NCBI GenBank assembly: GCA_017415485.1
Contig: JAFQGP010000075.1
Location: 635 to 64,634, forward strand
Direction of reading: 5' to 3'
DNA: 64,000 nt
Source of the DNA: Clostridia bacterium
GTDB taxonomy: Bacteria; Bacillota; Clostridia; Oscillospirales; CAG-272
Positions 16,300-25,762 of the stretch are shown piece by piece (the stretch's first letter is position 1; every line of letters begins with the position of its first letter). The position numbers and the translations under genes were made by a program. Under the pieces are notes generated by a model. That model saw only the letters and a list, made by a program, of their open reading frames with translations. It was not told where the DNA came from and searched no databases.

Positions 16300-17157
16300 A
16301 TGGGATTCATTCTGAAGCTTTTTAAGAGCAGATTTTTCGTAATATCGCTCGCAGTTGCTCTGCTTTTGTCGATCGTGCCGGGTGTCCTCTGTGCGATGGG
16401 GCAGGGCTCCTATATCCGTTCCGCGATTGTAACGGCTGCAAGCCCCTTCAGCTGGGCATTTACCAAGGTTGGCGAGGGAATTACGGGCTTTTCGCTTTAT
16501 TTCAAGACGCTTGAGGAGCTTCGCGACGAAAATGCCGCATTGCGAGCCGAGCTTGAGGGTTACAAAAGCCTTGTTTACGATGCCGAGCTGATCAAGGAAG
16601 AAAACGAGTTTTATTCGAATTATCTCGGCATCAAGGAGGAGCACATCGATTTCCTCTTTGAAAATGCCACGGTTGTCGGCCGCGAGGCGACGAATTACCG
16701 CACCGTTGTCACCCTTTCAAAAGGAAGCCTGCACGGGATCGAGGTCAATATGCCCGTCATAACCGAAGAGGGCCTGATCGGACATATCACCGAGGTCGGA
16801 TCTACCTGGTCGAAGGCGGAGATACTGACCGAATCCTCCTCCGCAGTCGGCGCATACATCGAGCGTTCGGGCACTCTCGGCGTTGTCGAGGGGACTTATG
16901 AGCTGCGCACCGAGGGATTTTGCAGGATGGTGTATATCGAGGCGGATGCGGATATCCGCGTCGGCGACAAGGTCCTTTCATCGGGTATTGGTGAGGTCTA
17001 CCCCCGTGGTCTGCTTATCGGAAAGGTCACCGAAGTCAGCAGGGACGAGCGCACAAGGACTCTTGTGGCAACCGTCGAGCCCGCGGCAGATCTTGGATCG
17101 ATCTCGAAGGTTATGATCATCACCGAATATGAGATCACGTCCTTGCGGGGAGAATGA
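16300..17157 (+). CDS. mreC: rod shape-determining protein MreC
   Basis: N-terminal TM segment, a coiled-coil region (ENAALRAELEGYK) and a beta-rich C-terminus (GLIGHITEV, YPRGLLIGKV). Follows mreB. Confidence 0.9.
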   Translation: MGFILKLFKSRFFVISLAVALLLSIVPGVLCAMGQGSYIRSAIVTAASPFSWAFTKVGEGITGFSLYFKTLEELRDENAALRAELEGYKSLVYDAELIKEENEFYSNYLGIKEEHIDFLFENATVVGREATNYRTVVTLSKGSLHGIEVNMPVITEEGLIGHITEVGSTWSKAEILTESSSAVGAYIERSGTLGVVEGTYELRTEGFCRMVYIEADADIRVGDKVLSSGIGEVYPRGLLIGKVTEVSRDERTRTLVATVEPAADLGSISKVMIITEYEITSLRGE

Positions 17158-17158
17158 T

Positions 17159-17713
17159 ATGGAATTCAAGGAACAAAAACGGCAGGATTTTTTCTCCTCG
17201 CAAAACATAGGAAAGATCCTTCTTTTCACGATTCTCATCTTTTTTTCGGGGATCCTGCAAAGCTCGCTTTTCCCCGCGCTTGCGATGCTTCCCGCATCTC
17301 CCGATCTTGTTCTGATAGCAGTTATCGGGCTTGCGGTATATGACGGCGAGAGAAGCGGAGCGGTTGCGGGCATTGGAGGCGGAGTCCTCCTTGAGGCGCT
17401 GGGCGGCGGCGCGCATATCTTGCTTATGCCGCTCTTTTATATGCTTTGCGGCTACATCTTCGGCATAGTCAGCCGTGTTTTTCTCAACAGAAACTTTATT
17501 TCCTGGCTCCTTTATATACTTATCGGAACGGCTCTGCGCGGCGCTCTCAGCCTTTTTCACCTGATGCTCACCGAGGTTGATGTGAATATCTATCTGATGT
17601 TCACAGAGGTGATCATTCCGGAGTACTTTATCACTCTCATTTGCGCTGTGCCGATGTATTTCCCGGTCAGAGCCGCTTCGCGCCCCTTCCATAAGAAGAT
17701 CGAAATGGAATAA
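17159..17713 (+). CDS. mreD: rod shape-determining protein MreD
   Basis: Polytopic small membrane protein immediately after mreC. Start taken at the ATG at 17159 (MEFKEQ), just after the mreC stop. Confidence 0.75.
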   Translation: MEFKEQKRQDFFSSQNIGKILLFTILIFFSGILQSSLFPALAMLPASPDLVLIAVIGLAVYDGERSGAVAGIGGGVLLEALGGGAHILLMPLFYMLCGYIFGIVSRVFLNRNFISWLLYILIGTALRGALSLFHLMLTEVDVNIYLMFTEVIIPEYFITLICAVPMYFPVRAASRPFHKKIEME

Positions 17714-17720
17714 TATTCAG

Positions 17721-19871
17721 ATGAACGATAATAAACAAAAAGAATTGCAGACTGCAGTCGAGGAATACGGACGAAGCGATTATCTTTACAGGTATCTGAT
17801 CATCGGCGTTTTCTTTGTGCTGATCTGCATCGTCTATGCCATATCGGCGTTCAGGATACAAAGCCTTTACGGCGGCAAGGATGCCGATGCGGATGACGGA
17901 TATACCGAACGTTACGTGACGCTCTCCGCGGTGCGCGGCGAGATCTTTGACACGAACGGGAAAATTATTGTAAGCAACGAATATATTTATTCGCTGATAT
18001 ATGACTATTCGGCAATGCGGAAGACCTATTCCGAGCAAAACGAGGATATTCTTGCCGTGCTTTCTCTGCTCGAAGGCACCGAGTTCCGCGCCGAAAGCCA
18101 ATGCCCGTTTAAGGGCGTTTACCCAAGTATAACCTTTGACGTTGACATTCTCAAAAGCTCCACGGTCAAGGCAAGACTCGCGCGCATCATAGGTGAGCTT
18201 TCGCTTGATGAATCTGCCCCCGCATCGGAGATCGCAAAGGCGATCGCGGAAAGATACCGTATGCTCGATGACTCGGGCGAGCCGAAATATACCGCAGAGG
18301 AAATGACCGAGCTCATTCGCGTTCGCTACGAGATGGATGCCATTCGCTTTTCCGCAGTCGAACCCTACGTTTTTGCCGAGGGCATCGATATGGCGCTTGT
18401 TACAGCAGTCCGTGAGCTTGATATCCGCGGCGTCGATCTCAAGGTCGATTATTCAAGAAAATATCATTATCCGGGTTATGCATCCCACATTCTCGGCAGG
18501 ATCAGCCGCATTCTTGCGGAGGATGCCGAATATTATTCCTCTCTCGGCTACCCGATGACGGCAAAGGTCGGCATCAGCGGTTGCGAGCTCGCTTTTGAGG
18601 AATACCTTCACGGCACCGACGGCGAGATGAAGATCGTGGAGGATGAAAACGGATATATCGTCAGCCGCGAGGTGACAAAAGAGCCCATCGCGGGCAAGGA
18701 TGTTTACCTGACGATAGACATTATGCTGCAGATAGCGGCAGAGGATGCGCTTGCCGATAATATTAAGCGCGTCAATGATAAAGCCGCCGCAACTGCGGGC
18801 GATCTTGACGGCGAGGATTGCGACGCGGGCGCGATAGTGGTCCAAACCGCAGAGGGCGGAGCGATCCTTGCAATGGGATCCTATCCCACCTATGACCTTG
18901 CAACCTTCAACCGCGATTTTGCCGAGCTTGTCAATGACCCGCGAAGCGTTTATACGAACCGCGCGCTGATGGGACAGTACCGCCCCGGCTCGACGGCAAA
19001 GATAGGCACGTCCGTCGCGGCGCTTGCCGAGCCGCTTTACATTGACAGCGTGCTGTTTTCAAGCTCATCGAAGATAAATACCAAGGGTATTTACACCTAT
19101 TATGATGACTATCAGCCCGAATGCTGGGTCTATACCGATTATCACACCGTGCACGGCTCGATAAATCTGTCAAAGGCACTCAGCGTATCCTGCAACTATT
19201 TTTATTATGAACTCGGCAGGATCATGGGCATTGACAGGATAAACAAGTATTTCAAGATCTTCGGTATGGGTCAGCCCACGGGCATCGAGCTTGCCGAAAA
19301 CGTCGGCGTTCTCGGAAATGCGGCGTATAAGCAAACGCTCAATATCCCGATCTCCGACCGCGTATGGATGCCGGGTGACACTCTGCGAACCGCGATCGGC
19401 GTTGGATACAGCGAGCACACACCGCTTCAGATATCGAATTACGTTTCGATGATAGTAAACGGCGGCACTCGCTATGCCGCGCATCTGCTCAAAGAGGTGC
19501 GAAGCTTTTCGGGCGAGGTCATCTTCGTCCGCGACCCCGAGGTGAAGGCGGAGGTTGAAATAACAAATTCGGCGTATAACGCCATCATCGAGGGTATGCA
19601 GGGGTCGCTCACGTCCTCCGCAGACCTGAGAAGCTCCTTCGGCGATTTCCCCTCCGAGATCGGCGCGGGCGGCAAGACGGGAACTGCGCAGACCTTCTCG
19701 ACAGCGAGCAACAATGCCGTTTTCGTCACATTTGCACCCCTCAAAGAGCCCGAGATCGTCGTTGCCTGTGTCCTCGAACGCGGCGCACACGGATATAACG
19801 CCTCCTGGGCAGCAAGGGACGTGCTCAACCGCTATTTCGGACTTGTTACAGAGGAAGATATAATACAATAA
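17721..19871 (+). CDS. mrdA: penicillin-binding protein 2 (class B transpeptidase)
   Basis: Motifs STAK, SCN (SxN) and KTGTA. N-terminal TM anchor. 716 aa. Follows mreBCD. Confidence 0.9.
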   Translation: MNDNKQKELQTAVEEYGRSDYLYRYLIIGVFFVLICIVYAISAFRIQSLYGGKDADADDGYTERYVTLSAVRGEIFDTNGKIIVSNEYIYSLIYDYSAMRKTYSEQNEDILAVLSLLEGTEFRAESQCPFKGVYPSITFDVDILKSSTVKARLARIIGELSLDESAPASEIAKAIAERYRMLDDSGEPKYTAEEMTELIRVRYEMDAIRFSAVEPYVFAEGIDMALVTAVRELDIRGVDLKVDYSRKYHYPGYASHILGRISRILAEDAEYYSSLGYPMTAKVGISGCELAFEEYLHGTDGEMKIVEDENGYIVSREVTKEPIAGKDVYLTIDIMLQIAAEDALADNIKRVNDKAAATAGDLDGEDCDAGAIVVQTAEGGAILAMGSYPTYDLATFNRDFAELVNDPRSVYTNRALMGQYRPGSTAKIGTSVAALAEPLYIDSVLFSSSSKINTKGIYTYYDDYQPECWVYTDYHTVHGSINLSKALSVSCNYFYYELGRIMGIDRINKYFKIFGMGQPTGIELAENVGVLGNAAYKQTLNIPISDRVWMPGDTLRTAIGVGYSEHTPLQISNYVSMIVNGGTRYAAHLLKEVRSFSGEVIFVRDPEVKAEVEITNSAYNAIIEGMQGSLTSSADLRSSFGDFPSEIGAGGKTGTAQTFSTASNNAVFVTFAPLKEPEIVVACVLERGAHGYNASWAARDVLNRYFGLVTEEDIIQ

Positions 19872-19885
19872 GTACTGACTTAATA

Positions 19886-20305
19886 AGTGCGAACACATCC
19901 TCCTGGGTGTCCCCTCATCACCCTCTGCGGAGGGAGCTGTCTCGCTGCGGCTCGGTCACGCCGCGGGTCTGACAGTCCCCCGGACTGTCATTCAATACCG
20001 CGTCGCCGCTTCGCTACCCAGGAGAAGCCTAGAAAACAAGGCTACGCCTTGAGTGAAATATTTCTCCTACGGAGAAATGTGATATTTTTGCTTCGCAAAA
20101 GTGAAATTCGCGCTTGGCACGCGTGAAATCTTTCGCTTTCAGCGAAAGGTTAAGGTAGAAATTTGCCAAGGCAAATTTCAAAATAATAAATAATTCGAAA
20201 ATTAGAGAATACCAAACGAAGCTTACAGTAACTCCAGGCTTCTCCTGGGAGAAGCTCCCGCCGCAGCGGGTGATGAGGGGACACCCAGAAAGCTTTGTTC
20301 GCACT
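19886..20305. repeat. MITE-like structured repeat, copy 2 (inverted relative to copy 1, with a nested insertion of about 78 bp)
   Basis: The termini match copy 1 at roughly 90% by eye. 19939-20016 interrupts the conserved arm GGGAGCT|...|CCCAGGAGAAGCC. The interior has GTGAAAT/GTGATAT-phased hairpins at 20053-20160. Confidence 0.85.
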
Positions 20306-20341
20306 CGCGTATTAATTATTTTACTAAAACAGAGATGAACT

Positions 20342-21232
20342 ATGAAAAATAACTCAAAACGCAAATTGCCGCGCGTGGCGGCTTTGCATGATCTTTCCTG
20401 CTTCGGCAGGTGCGCGCTGACTGTCATAATCCCCGCGCTTTCGGCATCGGGAATACAAACGATACCCGTGCCCACAGCACTGCTTTCCACCCACACGGGC
20501 GGATTTACAAATATGCATTTCCGTGATCTTGACGATTCGATCGGCGATATCGCCCGCCATTTCGGTGAGCTCGGGCTTGATTTTGATGCGATCTACACAG
20601 GTTTTCTCGGTAGTGAGCGTCAGGTCAGAACAGTCGAGGACTTTATTGATAAGACCGCGGATGAGAACACACTGATCTTCGTCGATCCCGTTATGGGCGA
20701 CGACGGAAAGCTTTATTCGGCTTGCTTCCCCGAGCTTGTTGCCGAAATGCGCCGCCTTTGCGCTCGCGCGGATATAATCACGCCCAATCTCACCGAGGCG
20801 TGTCTTATGACCGACACGGAATATCCCGATCTTTCGGAGCATTCCAAAGAAGAGGTAGAAGCCGCCATCGGCGCGATAGCGGAAAAGATAAAGACCTTCA
20901 CGAATGCCGAGTGCGTTGTCACGGGTGTTCATTTCAAGGAAGGCGTCGGCACCTATTGCCTCGGAAAAATGCATTCCGAGCGCGCAAGACGCAACGATTA
21001 TCCCGGCACGGGCGATCTTTTCGCCTCTGTTATGCTTGCGTATATCCTCAAGTCGGGCAAGCCGCTTGACAGAGAAATTCTGCAAAAGAGCGCGGAATAT
21101 GCCTCGCGCTTTACCGCGGAGGTCATCGACTACTCGCTTGAGTACGGTGATGCCGAGCCACGCCGCGACGGAGTTTTGCTCGAGGGCTGTCTCGGCAAGC
21201 TTGTTGCGGATATGAATGCTGTTGAGGTATAG
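20342..21232 (+). CDS. pdxK: pyridoxal/pyridoxamine kinase
   Basis: RVAALHDLSCFGRCALTVIIPALSASGIQ..PVPTALLSTHTGGF is typical of Gram-positive PdxK. C-terminal GTGDLFAS. Confidence 0.85.
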   Translation: MKNNSKRKLPRVAALHDLSCFGRCALTVIIPALSASGIQTIPVPTALLSTHTGGFTNMHFRDLDDSIGDIARHFGELGLDFDAIYTGFLGSERQVRTVEDFIDKTADENTLIFVDPVMGDDGKLYSACFPELVAEMRRLCARADIITPNLTEACLMTDTEYPDLSEHSKEEVEAAIGAIAEKIKTFTNAECVVTGVHFKEGVGTYCLGKMHSERARRNDYPGTGDLFASVMLAYILKSGKPLDREILQKSAEYASRFTAEVIDYSLEYGDAEPRRDGVLLEGCLGKLVADMNAVEV

Positions 21233-21236
21233 GACA

Positions 21237-21617
21237 ATGGAATTGTTCGGACTTTCTTTCGCTCTGTTCTTCATTATGTTTTTGCTCTCCTCCTTGGCTT
21301 TTTCCGCAGGGTTTGTATTCATAATAATTTATGCGGTTAGACAAAAATCAAAGAACGATAACGCTCCGCTCCTGACGGTTGAGGCAAAGGTGGTCGACAA
21401 AAGAACGGTATCTCACCGTCATCATAACCATCATAACCATATTTCGCACAGGCACTATTACCATTATGTAAGTTTCGAGCTCTCGGACGGGCAGAGAACG
21501 GAACTGCGCGTATCAAGCATCGAATTTGACTCGCTTGCGGTTGCCGATGCGGGAATGCTGACGCTTCAAGGTTCGCGATTTGTTTCGTTTGTAAAAAACA
21601 GCGAGGTGGCACACTGA
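21237..21617 (+). CDS. DUF2500-like membrane-anchored protein with a His-rich insert
   Basis: N-terminal TM segment, then ...VEAKVVDKRT..[HRHHNHHNHISHRHYYHY]VSFELSDGQRTELRVS...GMLTLQGSRFVSF, which matches the DUF2500 pattern. Start at MELFG after a GAGG. Confidence 0.55.
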   Translation: MELFGLSFALFFIMFLLSSLAFSAGFVFIIIYAVRQKSKNDNAPLLTVEAKVVDKRTVSHRHHNHHNHISHRHYYHYVSFELSDGQRTELRVSSIEFDSLAVADAGMLTLQGSRFVSFVKNSEVAH

Positions 21618-21618
21618 T

Positions 21619-22107
21619 ATGGAAGAAAAAATGACACCCCACGAGGCGCGTGCGGCAGAGCTCTTCCTTTCGGGCGCGGTCTGCGCACAAGCGGTCTTTT
21701 GCGCTTTTTGCGATCTTCACGGGCTTGATTTTGAAACAGCCTCTCGCCTTTCCTCCTCGATGGGCGGCGGAGTCGGAAGACTTCGCGAGGTCTGCGGAGC
21801 CTTTTCGGGTGCGGCAATGGCGGCGGGACTTATCTACGGGTTTACTATTCCTCCCGCACAAGGCGAAAAGAGCGAGCATTACAAGCGCATCCAGCTCCTT
21901 GCCTCCCGCTTTTCCGAGCGGTGGGGGAGCATTGTTTGCCGCGATATTCTCGCCGCAAGAATTGGCGAGAATGCGGTCTCGACCGATCATGTTCCCGAAG
22001 AACGCACCAAAGAATATTATGCAAAGCGCCCTTGCCTTGAAGCTGTGCGTCTCACGGCGAGAATTCTTGACGAATATATAGAAAATAATCCAATAAACGG
22101 AGATTGA
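21619..22107 (+). CDS. C_GCAxxG_C_C family protein
   Basis: GAVCAQAVFCAFC, SSMGGGVG..REVCGAFSGA and IVCRDIL motifs. 162 aa. Confidence 0.75.
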   Translation: MEEKMTPHEARAAELFLSGAVCAQAVFCAFCDLHGLDFETASRLSSSMGGGVGRLREVCGAFSGAAMAAGLIYGFTIPPAQGEKSEHYKRIQLLASRFSERWGSIVCRDILAARIGENAVSTDHVPEERTKEYYAKRPCLEAVRLTARILDEYIENNPINGD

Positions 22108-22109
22108 TC

Positions 22110-23927
22110 ATGAAAAAGACAAGATTATTTACTCTTTTGTTCTGCATTTTAACATTTGCGCTCATCTTTTCCTCCTGCGACGGCGGTGAAGTTCCTTCCG
22201 AAAGCACGGAAAACGAAACCACGGTCCTTGCAGAAGAAACCGAGCCGATACCGCAGACGCTGAAGCTCAACGAGGCGGGAAAAAGCGAGTTTTACATTGT
22301 ATATCCCTATGATTTCGACAAGGAGATCAAGGATGTTGCTATCAACCTCCGCAAGCAGATAGCGAAGTACACGGGCATAGAGCTAAAACTGACGAGCGAT
22401 GAGATCCTCTCAAAGCCTGTTGGCGACACCGGCGTTGAGCATCAATATGAGATCCTTCTCGGCGTTACCAATCGCGAAGCTTCGAAGAAGGCGGCGGAGG
22501 GTATGCGTACCCGCGACTATACCGTGACCTTTGAAGGTGACAAGATCATCCTTGCAGGCACAACAATCAGCTCGACCGAAAAGGCTGTCGAGCGCTTTAT
22601 CAATGACGTGCTTGTAAAGCAGAGCAAGAACAATATGGGCAGTGCCACGATCGAGCTGACCGAGGCTAATAAATTCAGCTATACTTACGGCAAGTATACG
22701 ATCGGCTCCTGCGATCTTCTTGGCGCAGACCTCAGCGAATACCGTATCGTTTACAACAAGACCGATATTTATTCCGCAGAGAGATACGCGCGTCTTTTCG
22801 CCAACGAGCTTTCCACATCGGCGGGATTCGGTCTCCCCATAAAGCTTGATACCTCGGTAAAGAACGATGACGCCAATGCACGCGAGATCATTTTTGGCGT
22901 AACTGCCAGAGGCGGTGAGGCGGTCGACACACGCCACGGCTATTCGATCCGCGCAACGGGAAGCAAGCTTTTCGTTTCCGCAGAGTGTATGGAAGGCTAC
23001 GCGGCGGCTTACAAATATCTGACCGAAACTCTTTTCAAGGGTGACAAGGTCGAGATCGCCGAGGGCTTCACTCACACGGGAGTCTCCGAGCCCGAGGATA
23101 AGCAGGATATTGAAAACCGTGCGGGTGAGTATCGCGTTATTTTCAACAATGTCCACGGCGCGCATATCGACGTATATCCGATGGAAACCCGTAACCAGAT
23201 GCAGGCGGAGCTTCACTTTGAGTATCTCCCCGACGTCATCGGCCTTCAGGAAAACGCCGCTTGTGTCGGTACTTATCACGTAAGAATGAAAAAGTTCGGT
23301 TATTCACCCGTTCCGATCACGCCCACCAACAGCAACAAGCAGGATTATACCGCAATGCTCTACCGCGCAGATAAGCTTGACATCGTCAAGTGCGGATACT
23401 ATCTCTATGACGACGGCGCGGGCGACAAGTCGAAGTCGGTATCCTGGGCGGTATTCAAGGATAAGGCGAGCGGCGACGTATTTGCCGTCGGTTCGACTCA
23501 TTTCTACTGGACGAGCGACGATCTCGGCAAGTCAGCGCGTATCAAAGACGCCGCACAGCTTGCGGAGGTTGTCAAGGACATCACAACAAAGTATAATTGC
23601 CCGATGATCGTAGGCGGTGACTTCAACTGCAATATCAATTCCGAGCCCATCAAGAATCTTTATTCCGCGGGATTTGAGAATCTGCAGAAGATCTCGCCCG
23701 ACACTATGGATACCACCACTCACCACGCATATTCCCCCTGGAATGAGGAGCTTAATCTTTATATCGATGTTGTTATCCCCACAAAGGCATACAGCTCGGC
23801 GATAGACCACGCTCTGCTTTACAACAAGAGCACTCTGACACCCAAGATGTTCCGCGTGATCCTCCACGACTACACGCTTCTCTCGAGCGACCATTGCCCC
23901 GTAATGGTAGATTTTGATATCAACTGA
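22110..23927 (+). CDS. lipoprotein with a C-terminal endonuclease/exonuclease/phosphatase (EEP) domain
   Basis: Lipobox IFSSC. EEP-type motifs GLQEN, GGDFN and SDHCPVMVDF in the C-terminal 270 aa. N-terminal domain unknown. Confidence 0.7.
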   Translation: MKKTRLFTLLFCILTFALIFSSCDGGEVPSESTENETTVLAEETEPIPQTLKLNEAGKSEFYIVYPYDFDKEIKDVAINLRKQIAKYTGIELKLTSDEILSKPVGDTGVEHQYEILLGVTNREASKKAAEGMRTRDYTVTFEGDKIILAGTTISSTEKAVERFINDVLVKQSKNNMGSATIELTEANKFSYTYGKYTIGSCDLLGADLSEYRIVYNKTDIYSAERYARLFANELSTSAGFGLPIKLDTSVKNDDANAREIIFGVTARGGEAVDTRHGYSIRATGSKLFVSAECMEGYAAAYKYLTETLFKGDKVEIAEGFTHTGVSEPEDKQDIENRAGEYRVIFNNVHGAHIDVYPMETRNQMQAELHFEYLPDVIGLQENAACVGTYHVRMKKFGYSPVPITPTNSNKQDYTAMLYRADKLDIVKCGYYLYDDGAGDKSKSVSWAVFKDKASGDVFAVGSTHFYWTSDDLGKSARIKDAAQLAEVVKDITTKYNCPMIVGGDFNCNINSEPIKNLYSAGFENLQKISPDTMDTTTHHAYSPWNEELNLYIDVVIPTKAYSSAIDHALLYNKSTLTPKMFRVILHDYTLLSSDHCPVMVDFDIN

Positions 23928-23935
23928 TAAAGAAA

Positions 23936-23970
23936 ACGGACTTTTGCCGAGGCAAAAGTCCGTTGTTTTT
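23936..23970. terminator. bidirectional terminator between convergent genes
   Basis: AACGGACTTTTGCC-GA-GGCAAAAGTCCGTT flanked by A- and T-runs. Confidence 0.75.
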
Positions 23971-23972
23971 AT

Positions 23973-25484
23973 TTATTTCTTCCTTTTAATAAATATAGGC
24001 GTAAAGAGAAGGATGATGGGGAGAAATGATACCGCTACGCCACATCCGCTTTCAGCGGGTGCTTCGGTCAGAGCCTCGGTCGCCTGAGCGGCGATGTATT
24101 GCTCCTTTTCCTCCGCAGTCAGTGCGCGTGAGGTGTAGGTTGCGGTGTAGGTCATATCTCTTTTGATGTACCAGGTCATCTTTTCGTCCCATCCGGCAAA
24201 TTCGTAGGCAAATTCGCCGTCGCTCTCGCGGGTGGGATTGATGTCTTTAGGTTCGTCAACCTTTGAACCATAGGGATATTCGACTGTTTTAAGAACGCTT
24301 CCGTCGTAGTCCGCGAAGGTGACGGTGAGGATCGCGGGATCCCAGACCGCGTAAAGCGTTATGTCTTCGTCAGCGGTGTAGCTTGCGCCCGCGGTGTAAA
24401 CGACCTCACCGCCCTTTTCGGTTGCCCAACCGAGGAAGGTGTTGCCTTCAAGCGTTGGTACTTCATCGGTGATGACGGCTTCTTTATCGTGGAATCTGCG
24501 CTGTTGGGTAAGCTTCATTTTGCCTTCGCCTACCTTATAATATATAGTGAAGACGTTCACTTCACTTGAGCGGAGATAAGATGCGGAGATCCAGCCTTCC
24601 TTGCCTTTGAAGTCGATTTTGCCCCAATTCTCATTGAATTTGAGAACTTCAACTTCGTCGCCGTGCTTAAGCGCGCCGAGGATCGAAAATGATGTTCCGG
24701 CACCCGCGCGGACGTTGAGTGAATCGGCAGTTACAACGAACTTTCCGGGCTTTGCGGAGTCCTCTTCAAGTGAGAAGACAGAGTAATCGGTGCCCTCTTT
24801 GGTTTCGTATTTGAGCGCGCCGTAGCCGACTATGTAGCTGTCGTCAAGTGCGTATTTGTGCCGAGCAACACGTTCGCCGCCGTTGCCTTCGACGGTGTAG
24901 ACGTAACCGTCGCGCACTCCGATAACGAGTCCAACGTGAGTTGAAACAGCGTTTGACGTTGCATTTTTGAAGTAAATAAGGTCGCCGATGATGGGAGTGT
25001 AGCCCGATTCACAGGTTTTGTAAAGTCCCTGCGGTTTAAGTATCTCATTTATCATTCTCGGACAGCTGACCTCTGAGCAGTCGATCTCGGCGGGTATTCC
25101 CGCTTGGAACTGACACCAGGAAACGAAAGCCGCGCACCAAGCGTAGCCCCAGATGCCTTCAAGCTTGCAGAAAAGTCGGTTGTATTCGACGAAGTTTTCC
25201 GAGCCTCCAAGGTTCCAGCCGTCCATATCGGCATCCGAGTCGCCCTCGTGGTATCCGACCTGCGAAAGCGCGATAAGGATCACGTCGTATCTGTGGTCGC
25301 CCGTAAGCTTTGATTTGGCTTCGAGGAGTTGATCGTAATAATTGCTTGATTTGTAAGCGTCGCCGTATTCATAAGCCGAGTAATTCGGCTTGATCGAAGC
25401 CGAAGACGGTAGAATGAAAAGGGACAGCATTACAGCAAAAGACAAGATCACGCTAACTATCTTATTATAATATGAAGAAAACAT
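23973..25484 (-). CDS. secreted cell-wall hydrolase: CHAP domain + SH3b + two Listeria-Bacteroides-type repeats + C-terminal TM anchor
   Basis: CHAP Cys motif YAWCAAFVSWC and His motif THVGLVIG. SH3b region LNVRAGAGTSFSILGALKHGDEV. Repeat motifs FLGWATEKGG..YTA...ITLYAVW and FAGWDE. Confidence 0.8.
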   Translation of the reverse strand: MFSSYYNKIVSVILSFAVMLSLFILPSSASIKPNYSAYEYGDAYKSSNYYDQLLEAKSKLTGDHRYDVILIALSQVGYHEGDSDADMDGWNLGGSENFVEYNRLFCKLEGIWGYAWCAAFVSWCQFQAGIPAEIDCSEVSCPRMINEILKPQGLYKTCESGYTPIIGDLIYFKNATSNAVSTHVGLVIGVRDGYVYTVEGNGGERVARHKYALDDSYIVGYGALKYETKEGTDYSVFSLEEDSAKPGKFVVTADSLNVRAGAGTSFSILGALKHGDEVEVLKFNENWGKIDFKGKEGWISASYLRSSEVNVFTIYYKVGEGKMKLTQQRRFHDKEAVITDEVPTLEGNTFLGWATEKGGEVVYTAGASYTADEDITLYAVWDPAILTVTFADYDGSVLKTVEYPYGSKVDEPKDINPTRESDGEFAYEFAGWDEKMTWYIKRDMTYTATYTSRALTAEEKEQYIAAQATEALTEAPAESGCGVAVSFLPIILLFTPIFIKRKK

Positions 25485-25692
25485 TTGTGGCCTCCGCGGA
25501 TTTTTACCATTGTATCTATATTATAGCATATTTTCGAAGGTTTGTAAATGGGGGAAGAGAAGTAATATAAGTGAAAATAATGGTATATAATAGGAAGTGA
25601 GATTCATTAGATGAAAGTTAATATTTTATATCTTAATAATAAAATATTTTCTCGCGAAAGACACAATATAAAAAGATTTTTTGAAAAAAGCA

Positions 25693-25721
25693 TTGACTTA
25701 TGAGGCATTATGTGATATAAT
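25693..25721 (+). promoter_or_regulatory. near-consensus sigma-A promoter
   Basis: TTGACT-17-TATAAT upstream of the Cys-repeat gene. Confidence 0.65.
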
Positions 25722-25762
25722 ATACCCGAAAAACTTTCATAATTAAGAAAAGGAGATTAAAA

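Noticed and set aside
20029-20496. ORFs crossing the MITE-like elements: 20029..20496(-), 19887..20126(+), 1072..1383(+), 1057..1251(-)
   Set aside because: They read through inverted repeats and hairpin strings. The palindromic DNA produces mirrored pseudo-ORFs on both strands. No coding signal.
22104-22109. The upstream TTG start given by the ORF track for the EEP lipoprotein, and similar N-terminal extensions at 14199, 17129, 21216, 32498, 37059, 43763, 48797, 52691 and 61072
   Set aside because: In each case an internal ATG with a proper SD begins a canonical N-terminus (signal peptide or conserved family start). The extension overlaps the upstream gene or lacks an SD. The shorter starts were used.
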